DNA of 64,000 nt, from NCBI RefSeq assembly GCF_963921235.1, contig NC_086097.1, forward strand, positions 120,840,001 through 120,904,000, written 5' to 3'. The position numbers and the translations under genes are program-made. A model generated the notes under the pieces. It worked only from the letters and a program-made list of their open reading frames with translations. It was not told where the DNA came from and did not search any database. Below, in pieces: positions 12,337-23,589 of the stretch (positions are counted from its first letter, which is position 1; each line of letters starts with the position of its first letter). This DNA comes from Mobula hypostoma (taxonomy: Eukaryota).

Positions 12337-12575
12337 TGATGCACTATCAATTACTCCAAAAGACTGGATGTAGAGTCAATATTGAAAGGCTTTTATTAAC
12401 AGTAAATGGTCCAGCGTCCATACTGTGTCTGTCCTGGACTAAGGGAGCAGCAGTGACACAATCGCCTTTATTCAGGGGTCTGTGGCAGGAGTCACAGGAG
12501 CAGTCAGCAGAGGGGCGTGTCCAGACATGTCCAGACAGGTAACCCAGTTACAACATATGTATATGGTTTACCACA
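12337..12575 (-). repeat. 5' LTR (~239 bp) of the Gypsy element
   Basis: tgatgcactatcaattactcc...ggtttaccaca matches 6940-7169/10948-10962. AATAAA on the minus strand at ~12392-12397. Confidence 0.9.
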
Positions 12576-12759
12576 GGGAGTTTGAGATAGCGAGGCGAAT
12601 GCAGAAGGCAAGTGAGAGTTTCAGTTTCAGCGCTTGCCACAGTCAGCCACGCAGCGGTTGGCCAGTCACAGATTCCTCCTCCATTAGCAATCAAAAAGCA
12701 GGCCAGTTATTCACAAATTATCTACTTAAGCCATTTCCAATGTTAACTTCACCTATCAC

Positions 12760-12925
12760 TTGCCAATTTGTACTGCTTCTCTTCCCCCCATCTTCTATTT
12801 CTGGCAGAAAACCCATGTAGTCACAGGGAGAATGTACACACTCCTTACAGGCAGCAGCAGAAATTGTACCCAGGTCACCTGTACTGTCACCCGTTGTGCT
12901 AACCATTACATTACCATGCTGCCTT
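12760..12925 (-). mobile_element. SINE fragment (V-SINE-like head)
   Basis: aaaacccatgtagtcacagggagaatgtacacactccttacag...gctaaccattacattaccatgctgcc matches the other SINE copies. Confidence 0.55.
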
Positions 12926-13559
12926 GTACAGTACAGAATTGTTTGCGTCAATTATCTGTACAATGCACTATTGATAATTGACTCAAAGCTCCTGAGATAA
13001 TTTGAAATTAAAGAACATGCTACCTCTCTTAAAGATGTAAAGATTGTTATAAATGTAGAGTAATAGGAGTAATTCATTTCAGTGCTATGATCAATACCTA
13101 ACAAATCAGATTTCACACCAAGTTGCAGTCAAACTCAATAAAAATAATCAATAATCCTTACTTCCCACACCCTTTTTTGACATTATCCACAGCTGCCATT
13201 TTTCACAACAAGTATATGGCTGGATGATGTAGGTTTAATCACATGAGGAAATAAAGACTTTTGCAACATCAATAAGTATGCCAAGTGGCACACTGCACTG
13301 TTTAGTTTATAATACTTATGTTTTGTGGCCTAAGCATGAAATCTGCAGGGTGTTGGAAAGTGTAAAGAAATGTAATTGAAATCAGAACTGGATTTTTATT
13401 GCCACTAATAGGAATTACAACAAAATCCCATCTACACTATTTTCAATTGTATCAGCTGACTTGGATTTGTGCAATCACAGGACTAAAATTATGCCCTATC
13501 TGAAAATAATATTGATTTTTCCATTCTCTTGTGAAAATCTAATTCCAAGAGGACCATAA

Positions 13560-13920
13560 ACGTCATAGGGTTCGGAGGCTTGCGTGTTCCAGTCACCTGT
13601 GTTGACTGGAGTTGGGGCCTTGTGCTTTGGCTCTTGGTAGGGACACCTATAACAAACAGGTCAAAAGGTAGAGGCTAGACTAAGCGTACTCCACAGGTCC
13701 TCCAGGTTCGGGGGTTCAGCTCAGGGCTAACATCTCTAAATGGCCCAAAAAAAATTGTTATGGAAGCAGCAATGAAGAATCCTTCTATAACTGTGTGTGA
13801 TGGTATGAGGCAGAAATGAGGACCTTGAACCACACCTGGGGCACAATAGAGTGGACAGAGAAGGACAGATGGAGACCCTTCACTGCTGCCTTAAATGCCT
13901 GCGGCATAGCGGGAAGTAAG
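13560..13920 (+). mobile_element. Short bipartite RTE-clade derivative (5' UTR joined to ORF C-terminus and tail)
   Basis: The 5' part resembles RTE 5' UTRs (ggtaggga...aaacaggtcaaa...gtcctccaggttcgggggtt...gggctaac). The 3' part translates NHTWGTIE...DRWRPFTAALNA, an RTE ORF end, followed by agtaag. Confidence 0.6.
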
Positions 13921-14920
13921 TTGTACAAATCTTGTTCTTTTTTTTAAGATAAGGAGTAAATCTGACTAAAATTTGTTATGAAATGTTATTGGCTATATTT
14001 CTCACACCTTGTCAGCTTGGCCAACATCTCATCTGTTGTGTTGGAATACATTAGCTTCCTTATTAATGATAAATTCCAGGAAAAAAATCACCTGTTTTCT
14101 AGGTCCCAAAGGTGCCATTAAACAAAACTTGGCTACAGATTTCTACTTACTTATATTTGTAGTTAAGAACTACTAATGATCTGCTAAGTACTGGGGTGCC
14201 AAGTAGGACTGTCGTGTTTCTCCTGGGTACAGTTGGACGTGTTAAGAATGTTTTTATAAATAGCAGACGCCTTGCCAACATAATTAGGTTAGGATGGTTA
14301 TCACTCAAAACCGAGCCCACAAGAATCCTCCCATTAAAATAGGAGAAGAGCATCTTTATACCAACAAACAGCCTGTTGGAGATCTGTCGAGCAGCATCTA
14401 TGCAGGAAAAGAATTGTCGACATTTCAAGTTGAAAACCTGCATCATGACAGGCAGCATCTGCAGTCTCTTGTATCTAGATGCCGCTTCATCCACCGGTAT
14501 CTGCTGCTCTACTCTTCCTACACCCATGACTGTGTAGCCAGGCTCAGCGCAAACGCCATCTATAAATACACCAATAACACAACTGTTGTCAGCAGAATGT
14601 CAGATGATGATAAGCAGGCACACAGGAGTGAGATAGATCAGCTGGCTGAGTGGAGTCACAACAACAACCTTGCACTGAATGTCGGTAAAACCAAGGACTT
14701 GATTGTGGACATTAGGAAGGGGAGCTCAACGGAACAGGCGCCCATGCTCATCAAGATGTCAGCAGTGGAAAGGGTGAGTAGCTTCAAGTTCCAGGGTGTC
14801 AACATCTCTGAAGATCTACCCTGGGTCCAGCATATTGATGTGATTATGAAGAATGCACGCCAGTAGCTACATTTCATTAAGCGTTTGAGAAGATTCGGTA
14901 TGGCTCCAAAGACCTCATGA

Positions 14921-17570
14921 TGTGGAATCGATATGGGTAGAGCTGCATAACACCAAGGGGCAGAAAACGCTGTTGGGAGTTGTGTACAGGCCACCTAACA
15001 GTAGTAGTGAGGTCGGAGATGATATTAAACAGGAAATTAGAAATGTGTGCAATAAAGGAACAGCAGTTATAATGGATGACTTCAGTCTTCATATAGATTG
15101 GGTAAACCAAATTGGTAAGGGTGCTGAGGAAGAGGATTTCTTGGAATGTATGCGGGATGGTTTTTTGAACCAACGTGTCGAGGAACCAACTAGAGAGCAG
15201 GCTATTCTAGACTGGGTATTGAGCAATGAGGAAGGGTTAATTAGCAATCTTGTCATGAGAGGCCCCTTGGGTAAGACTAACCATAATATGGTGGAATTTT
15301 TCATTAAGATGGAGAGTGACATAGTTAATTCAGAAACAAAGGTTCTGAACTTAAAGAAGGGTAACTTTGAAGGTATGAGACGTGAATTAGCTAAAATAGA
15401 CTGGCAAATGACACTTAAAGGATTGACGGTGGATATGCAATGGCAAGCATTTAAAGATCGCATGGATGAACTACAACAATTGTTCATCCCAGTTTGGCAA
15501 AAGAATAAATCAAGAAAGGTAGTGCACCTGTGGCTGACAAGGGAAATTAGGGATAGTATCAATTCCAAAGAAGAAGCATACAAATTAGCCAGAAAAAGTG
15601 GCTCACCTGAGGACTGGGAGAAATTCAGAGTTCAGCAGAGGAGGACAAAGGGCTTAATTAGGAAGAGGAAAAAAGATTACGAGAGAAAACTGACAGGGAA
15701 CATAAAAACTGACTGTAAAAGCTTTCATAGATATGTGAAAAGAAAAAGATTGGTTAAGACAAATATAGGTCTCCTACAGACAAAAACAGGTGAATTGATT
15801 ATGGGGAGCAAGGACATGGCAGACCAACTGAATAATTACTTTAGTTCTGTCTTCACTAAGGAGGACATAAATAATATTCCGGAAATAGTAGGGGACAGAG
15901 GGTCTAGTGAGATGGAGGAACTGAGAGAAATACATGTTAGTAGGGAAGTGGTGTTAGGTAAATTGAAGGGATTAAAGGCAGATAAATCCCCAGGGCCAGA
16001 TGGTCTGCATCCCAGAGTGCTTAAGGAAGTAGCCCAAGAAATAGTGGATGCATTAGTGATAATTTTTCAAAACTGGTTAGATTCTGGACTAGTTCCTGAG
16101 GATTGGAAGGTGGCTAATGTAACCCCACTTTTTAAGAAAGGAGGGAGAGAGAAACCAGGGAATTATAGACCGGTTAGCCTAACGTCGGTGGTGGGGAAAC
16201 TGCTGGAGTCAGTTATCAGAGATGTGATAACAGCACATTTGGAAAGCGGTGAAATCATCACATGAAGTCAGCATGGATTTGTGAAAGGAAAATCATGTCT
16301 GACGAATCTCATAGAATTTTTTGAGGATGTAACTAGTAGAGTGGATAGGGGAGAACCAGTGGATGTGGTATATTTGGATTTTCAAAAGGCTTTTGACAAG
16401 GTCCCACACAGGAGATTAGTGTGCAAACTTAAAGCACACGGTATTGGGGGTAAGGTATTGATACGGATAGAGAATTGGTTGGCAGACAGGAAGCAAAGAG
16501 TGGGAATAAACGGGACCTTTTCAGAATGGCAGGCAGTGACTAGTGGGGTACCGCAAGGCTCGGTGCTGGGACCCCAGTTGTTTACAATATATATTAATGA
16601 CTTGGATGAGGGAATTAAATGCAGCATCTCCAAGTTTGCAGATGACACGAAGCTAGGCGGCAGTGTTAGCTGTGAGGAGGATGCTAAGAGGGTGCAGGGT
16701 GACTTGGATAGGTTAGGTGAGTGGGCAAATTCATGACAGATGCAATTTAATGTGGATAAATGTGAAGTTATCCACTTTGGTGGCAAAAACAGGAAAACAG
16801 ATTATTATCTGAATGGTGGCCGATTAGGAAAAGGGGAGGTGCAACGAGACCTGGGTGTCATTGTACACCAGTCATTGGAAGTGGGCATGAAGGTACAGCA
16901 AGCGGTGAAAAAGGCGAATGGTATGCTGGCATTTATAGCGAGAGGATTCGAGTACAGGAGCAGGGAGGTACTACTGCAGTTGTACAAGGCCTTGGTGAGA
17001 CCACACCTGGAGTATTGTGTGCAGTTTTGGTCCCCTAATCTGAGGAAAGACATCCTTGCCATAGAGGGAGTACAAAGAAGGTTCACCAGATTGATTCCTG
17101 GGATGGCAGGACTTTCATATGATGAAAGACTAGATGAACTAGGCTTATACTCGTTGGAATTTAGAAGATTGAGGGGGGATCTGATTGAAACGTATAAAAT
17201 CCTAAAGGGATTGGACAGGCTAGATGCAGGAAGATTGTTTCCGATGTTGGGGAAGTCCAGAACAAGGGGTCACAGTTTGAGGATAAAGGGGAAGCCTTTA
17301 AGGACCGAGATTAGGAAAAACTTCTTCACATAGAGAGTGGTGAATCTGTAGAATTCTCTGCCACAGGAAACAGTTGAGGCCAGTTCATTGGCTATATTTA
17401 AGAGGGAGTTAGATATGGCCCTTGTGGCTAAAGGGATCAGGGGGTATGGAGGGAAGGCTGGTGCAGGGTTCTGAGTTGGATGATCAGCCATGATCATACT
17501 GAATGGCGGTGCAGGCTCAAAGGGCCGAATGGCCTACTCCTGCACCTATTTTCTATGTTTCTATGTTTCT
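14921..17570 (+). mobile_element. 5'-truncated CR1 LINE (partial APE plus RT, with stops/frameshifts)
   Basis: ORFs 14922..16265, 16281..16736 and 16740..17333: [49 protein letters not shown]. (TTTCTATG)n tail. Confidence 0.95.
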
Positions 17571-17732
17571 ATCAAATTTATACAGGTGTACTGTAGAGAG
17601 CATTCTAACTGGTTACGTTACCATCTGGTATGGAAGAGCCACTGCAAAAGACCAGAAAAAGCTGCAGAGGGCTGTGAAGTTAACCAGATCCATCATGGAC
17701 TCTAACCTCCTCACTATGAAGGATATCTTCAA

Positions 17733-18542
17733 GCAACACACACAAAATGCTGGTGGAACGCAGCAGCCCGGGCAGCATCCTTAGGAAGAAGCTTTGTCGA
17801 CGTTTTGGGCTGAGACCCTTCATCAGGACTAACTGAAAGAAGAGATAGAAAGTGGGAGGGGGAAGGGGAGATCCGAAATAATAGGAGAAGACAGGAGGGG
17901 GAGGGATGGAGCCAAGAGCTGGAAAGTTGATTGGCAAAAGGGATACAAGGCTGGAGAAGGGAGAGGATCATGGGATGGGAGGCCTAGGGAAAAAGAAAGG
18001 GGGAGAGGAGTGCCAGAGGAAGATGGAGAGCAGGCAAGGAGTAATTGTGAGAGGGACAGAGAGAGAGAAAAAAAGGAAAAAATAATAAATGAATATGGGA
18101 TGGGGTAAGAGTGGGAGGAGGGGCATTAAGGGAAGTTAAAGAAGTCAATGTTCGTGCCATCAGGTTGGAGGCTACCCAGACGGAATATAAGGTGTTGTTC
18201 CTCCAACCTGAGTGTGGCTTCATCTTGACAGTAGAGGAAGCCATGGATAGACATATCAGAATGGAAATGGGACATGGAATTGAAATGTCTGGCTACTGGG
18301 AGATCCTGCTTTCTCTGGTGGACAGAGCGTAGGTGTTCAGTGAAACAGTCTCCCAGTCTGCGTCGGGTCTCTCCAATATATAGAAGGCCGCACCAGGAGC
18401 ACCGGACGCAGTATATCACACCAGGTGACTCACAGGTGAGGTGTCACCTCACCTGGAAGGACTGTCTGGGGCCCTGAATGGTGGTGAGGGAGAAAGTGTA
18501 AAGATATGTGTAGCATTTATTCCGCTTACAAGGATAAGTTAC
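17733..18542 (-). mobile_element. PLE 3' fragment (GIY-YIG end plus pLTR with hammerhead)
   Basis: ORF 18126..18419 IYCVRC..LYIGETRRRLGD. Hammerhead-like ctgatgaagggtctcagcccaaaacgtc at ~17797-17828 (-). 14-bp TSD aaggatatcttcaa at 17719-17732 and 18543-18556. Confidence 0.88.
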
Positions 18543-19356
18543 AAGGATATCTTCAAAAGGCTTTGCCTCGAGAAGGCAGCATCCATTATTGGGGATCACT
18601 GCCACCCTGGAAATACCCTCTTCTCATTACTACAATCAAAGAGGAGGTACATGAGCCTGAAGACACACAATCAACATTTTAGGGACAGCTGCTTCGCTTG
18701 TGCCATCAGAATTTTGAACAGACAATAAACCCATGAACTCCACTTCACTAATTTTGCTCTCTTTTAGGACTACTTATTCATACATATATTTTTGTCCTAG
18801 ACCTGATTCTCTGATTCTAGTTCTGAGTTCCTCCAGGGGATACCAACACCTTTTATGGCCTCCATTTATTTTTGGTCTTTTTTTTAATGTGGGCAACACT
18901 GGCAAAGCCAGCATTTGTTAACCAAATGTCATTAAACTAAGAAGGTTGCTTTCAGCTACTTTTTTAACTAATTCAGTTCTTCTGTTGGGATTACTTCCAC
19001 AATGCTGTTATGGAAGAAGTGTCAGGACGTAGAGCCAGCAACCGTGAAGGGCCAGTGATATGTTTCTAGATCAGGATGGTCTGGAACTTGGAGGGGAACC
19101 TGTAAGAGGTGCTGTACCCAGTCTTTGTGCTTCTTGGTGATAGAGGTCACAAGCCTGGGGAGAGCTCTCAAAATAGCTTGGATGAATAACTGCAGCTTAT
19201 TGTGCATATGTTATACACGACAGCCAGCGTGTACTGGTGATGAAGGGAATGAATTTTTAGAGTGATTGATTGTGTCCAATTACGTGTGTTGCTTTGTCTA
19301 GGATGGTTATAGACCCACAGAGTCATGCAACACAGAAATAGACGCTTCTGCTGACT

Positions 19357-20589
19357 GTAGAGTGGATAGGGGAGAACCAGTGGATGTGGTATATTTGGAT
19401 TTTCAAAAGGCTTTTGACAAGGTCCCACACAGGAGATTAGTGTGCAAACTTAAAGCACACGGTATTGGGGGTAAGGTATTGGTGTGGGTGGAGAATTGGT
19501 TAGCAGACAGGAAGCAAAGAGTGGGAATAAACGGGACCTTTTCAGAATGGCAGGCGGTGACTAGTGGGGTACCGCAAGGCTCAGTGCTGGGACCCCAGTT
19601 GTTTACAATATATATTAATGACTTGGATGAGGGAATTAAATGCAGCATCTCCAAGTTTGCGGATGACACGAAGCTGGGTGGCAGTGTTAGCAGTGAGGAG
19701 GATGCTAAGAGGATGCAGGGTGACTTGGATAGGTTGGGTGAGTGGGCAAACTCATGGCAGATGCAATTTAATGTGGATAAATGTGAAGTTATCCACTTTG
19801 GTGGCAAAAATAGGAAAACAGATTATTATCTGAATGGTGGCCGATTAGGAAAAGGGGAGGTGCAACGAGACCTGGGTGTCATTATACGCCAGTCATTGAA
19901 AGTGGGCATGCAGGTACAGCAGGCGGTGAAAAAGGCGAACGGTATGCTGGCATTTATAGCGAGAGGATTCGAGTACAGGAGCAGGGAGGTACTACTGCAG
20001 TTGTACAAGGCCTTGGTGAGACCACACCTGGAGTATTGTGTGCAGTTTTGGTCCCCTAATCTGAGGAAAGACATCTTTGCCATAGAGGGAGTACAAAGAA
20101 GGTTCACCAGATTGATTCCTGGGATGGCAGGTCTTTCATATGAAGAAAGACTGGATGAACTGGGCTTGTACTCGTTGGAATTTAGAAGATTGAGGGGGGA
20201 TCTGATTGAAACGTATAAGATCCTAAAGGGATTGGACAGGCTAGATGCGGGAAGATTGTTCCCGATGTTGGGGAGGTCTAGAACGAGGGGTCACAGTTTG
20301 AGGATAGAGGGGAAGCCTTTTAGGACCGAGGTTAGGAAAAACTTCTTCACACAGAGAGTGGTGAATCTGTGGAATTCTCTGCCACAGCAAACTGTTGAGG
20401 CCAGTTCATTAGCTATGTTTAAAAGGAAGTTAGATATGGCCCTTGTGGCTACAGGGGTCAGGGGGTATGGAGGGAAGGCTGGGTTCTGAGTTGGATGATC
20501 AGCCATGATCATAATAAATGGCGGTGCAGGCTCGAAGGGCCGAATGGCCTACTCCTGCACCTATTTTCTATGTTTCTATGTTTCTATGT
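19357..20589 (+). mobile_element. 5'-truncated young CR1 LINE with an uninterrupted 375-codon RT fragment
   Basis: ORF 19362..20489 has [17 protein letters not shown] and KFADDT. (TTTCTATG)3 tail. Very similar to 16335-17570. Confidence 0.95.
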
Positions 20590-20984
20590 CAATCAACCAT
20601 CCTCACCAATCCATTATACCTTGGTGTACTCACCTAAATACTTCTTAAATTCTGTGAGATTATCTGCATTCATCACTCGTTCATAAAGTGTGTTTGAGAT
20701 TCCAAAAATCCCCTGCGTGAAAAATATCTTTCTGAGATTCTCTTTAAATTTCTTATCCATTACTTAAATCATGCAGCCTCTAACTTTAGATACATCTGTA
20801 ATGGGATTAGTTCCCTATCATCTACCCCATCTACATCCCTTTTTTCTGTATTCTGTTACCCTTACCCTACCTCAAGATACTATAGTAATGATCTGATCTG
20901 TTTGAACATTATGCAAGACAGGCTTTTCACTGTGCCTTCGTACATGTGACAATGATAGACCAATTCCAATCACATTTCCAAGAC

Positions 20985-21270
20985 ATTCAATTCCTGCTGC
21001 TGTCGGCAAAGAGTTTGTATGTTCTCTCCGGGACTATGTGGGTTTCTTCTGGTGCTCCGTTTTCCTCCCACATGCCAAAGATGTACAGGTCAGTAAGGGT
21101 TAGTAAGTTGTGGGTATGCTATGTTGGCACCAGAAGCATTGTGACACTTGATAGATGCCCTCAGCACAGCCTTGGACCATGTTGGCCGTTGTCACAAAAT
21201 AACACATTTTACAGTATGCTTCAAGGTACAGTACATGTGACAAATAAAGCTAATATTAGTTTATCATTCA
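20985..21270 (+). mobile_element. V-SINE-like SINE with a tgtgacaaataaagc 3' end
   Basis: gagtttgtatgttctc...gggtttcttctggtgctccgttttcctcccaca. Related copies at ~21790-22060 (-), 31775-32080 (+), 43830-44095 (+), 44270-45400 (-), 54060-54232 (+), 54380-54540 (+), 56575-56720 (-) and 58380-58860 (-). Confidence 0.65.
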
Positions 21271-22647
21271 CATCCACTGTAAAAACTAAAATTCCATGAT
21301 CCAGCTTTCAAGATTATTATGCCAGGACACACTGCATTATTCTGTTATTGTTAAGGAAGTCTGGTATTGTATGATCTAGTGCCCATTATATATGAAATAT
21401 TTTTCAAAACTTAAAACATTATTTTTATAAAATACCTTATAAAAGAGTAAAACTTTCATTCCAATATGTGGTTTAGTCAGTCAATGCACATATTACAGAA
21501 AAAATAACCTTTACTTTCTCTGTTCATGTATTAATCCTGTAAATATTGCATTAAATATTAAGTCAGATCAGTATTTCAGTGATTACCAACTTTGACAACT
21601 TATTCATTTTACATTTCAATCAATATTTTAAAAAGGCATAAAATAGCAAATCTCTTTGTTTTCCCTAAATCATCAAAGTGTTCATATTTTACCCATCAGA
21701 ATCTGAATCAGAATCAAGTTGAAGACCACTGACATATATGTTGTGAAATTTTTGTTCTGATATTTTAGATAGAAAAGATTAAAGAGATCCTTTAACTTTA
21801 AAGATTATTTGTCACACGCACATCAAAGATATAGGGACATGAAATCAAATCAGCAAGCATTGTGCTGGGTGCCGGCAAGTGTTGCCACACTTCTGGTACC
21901 CACATAACATACCTACAGCTCACTGACTCTAACCCATACACCTTTGGATTGTGGGAGGAAACCAGAGCACCCAGAGGAAACCCATGCAGTCACGGGGAGA
22001 GTGTGCAAACTCCTTGCAGACAGTGTGGAAATCGGAACCCCGATGTTAAAGCTGATGCAGTACTAGTGAGTGTACCGCTCTAAAAAAGTGTATACTTATA
22101 CAAAGTTACGTAGCATAGTTGACAAAGTGCATGAAATCTTTGTAACTTCTCATTGCAGGGTGCTGAGGTGCAGGGTGTTCAGCTTCAGTCAAAGTGATGG
22201 TGCTTCCCTCACAAGTAAAGACAGGAATTAAGGATTCAAGCATCTGCCTTTGTCTTTGAGACTATTTAGCCCACAAAGTATGACGACAGAAGGATGACAT
22301 AAAGATGTGTCCGTATACAGCTTACTATTATTGCCGAGATGTTGATACTGTTTAAATAGCAAGCTTATAGCAGCTGAGAAGAAGAGTGGAAGAAATCGGG
22401 TAGAAAAAGTCGTTTTTTTTTTAAACACTGCTCGGGGAGAAGGGTCTGCACTGCGCAGGCGCGTGACGTAGCGTGCCAAGGTTTAAAAGCAGACCTCCAC
22501 ATACAGTGGCCATCGTTGTAGCGGCCATCGTCGGAGTGAACTAAGTCAGAATGGGACGGCTTTGGCTCAACAGGCTTCGGTGAGAACAGGCAGAGGCCAG
22601 GGTAGGTTCCGGTAAGTTTTTTGTTCAGATTGTCTAGCGTAAAGAGA

Positions 22648-23583
22648 ATGCCAGCCAGGAAGTTGGAATGCTCCTCTTGCAGGATGTGGGAAGTCAGGGA
22701 GCCCTCTGGTGTCCCTGACAACGACACCTGCAAGAAGTGCATCCAGATGCAGCTCCGGACAAACCGCGTTAGGGAACTGGAGCAGGAGCTGGATGACCTG
22801 CAGATCATTCGGGAGAATGAGGAGATTATAGATAGTAGCTACAGGGAGGTAGTTACGCCAAAGGAGCAGAGGACAGGAAATTGGGTCACTGTCAGGCGAG
22901 GGAAGAGGAAAGGGCAGGCAGAGCAGGGTTCCCCTGTGGCCATTCCCCTCAACAACAAGTATACCGCATTGGATACTGTTGGGGGGAATGACTTACCTGG
23001 GACAGGCTGCAGTAGCCAGATCTCTGGCACTGAGTCTGGCTCTGCAGTGCAGAAGGGAGGGGGGGAAAAGAGGAGAGCAGTAGTGATAGGGGATTCGATA
23101 GTTAGAGGTGCAGATAGGAGGTTCTGTGGTCGTGACAGACAATCAAGGATGGTTTGTTGCCTCCTGGGTGCCAGGGTCAAGGATGTCTCTGATCGCTTGC
23201 ATGACATTCTGAAGTAGAAGGGTGATCAGCCAGATGTCGTGATGCACATAGGCACCAATGACATAGCAAGGAAGAGTGAAGAGGTCCTGGACAGTGAGTA
23301 TAGAGAGCCTGGTAGGAAGTTGAAAAGCAGGACCTTCAGGGTGGTAACCTCAGGATTGCTACCTGTGCTAGGTGCCAGTGAGGGTAGAAATAGGATGCTC
23401 TGGAGGAGGAACAATTGGCTGAGGAAATGGTGTAGGGGGCAGGGTTTCAGATTTCAGGATCATTGGGACCTCTTCTGGGGCAGGTGGGACCTGTACAAGA
23501 GAGACGGGTTACACTTAAACTACAGGGGGACCAATATCTTTTCAGGGAGGTTTGTTAGTGCTATTGTGGAGGCCTTAAACTAG
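22648..23583 (+). pseudogene. CR1 ORF1 (zinc finger/leucine zipper plus SGNH esterase), one internal stop
   Basis: CSSCRMW..CKKCIQ..LEQELDDL, VVIGDSIVRG, HIGTND, DGLHLN. Stop at 23215-23217. Confidence 0.9.
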
Positions 23584-23589
23584 ATTTGC

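Larger units (their letters stand above)
6940..12575 (-). mobile_element. Non-autonomous Gypsy/Ty3-type LTR retrotransposon with 5-bp TSD; a PLE is nested in its 3' LTR
   Basis: Two TG...CA LTRs (6940-7169 plus 10948-10962, and 12337-12575). TSD GGGAG at 6935-6939 and 12576-12580. PPT aaaaaggaggggtgaa on the minus strand next to 10962. Integrase remnant is internal. Confidence 0.9.
14480..18800 (+). mobile_element. Rex1/Babar-type LINE fragment split by a CR1 (14921-17570) and a PLE fragment (17733-18542)
   Basis: YTHDCVA..AIYKY..TTVV..LALNVGKTKDLIVD..VERVSSFKF..ISEDL in ORF 14294..14866. Resumes at 17571 (NLYRCTVESILTG) and 18543 (DIFKRLCLEKAASII). Confidence 0.85.

Noticed and set aside
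22145..22330. Possible host exon after ttctcattgcag (similar acceptor near 32880-32892)
   Set aside because: The frames I read close quickly, no protein is recognisable, and there is no convincing donor. This cannot be supported without RNA-seq.
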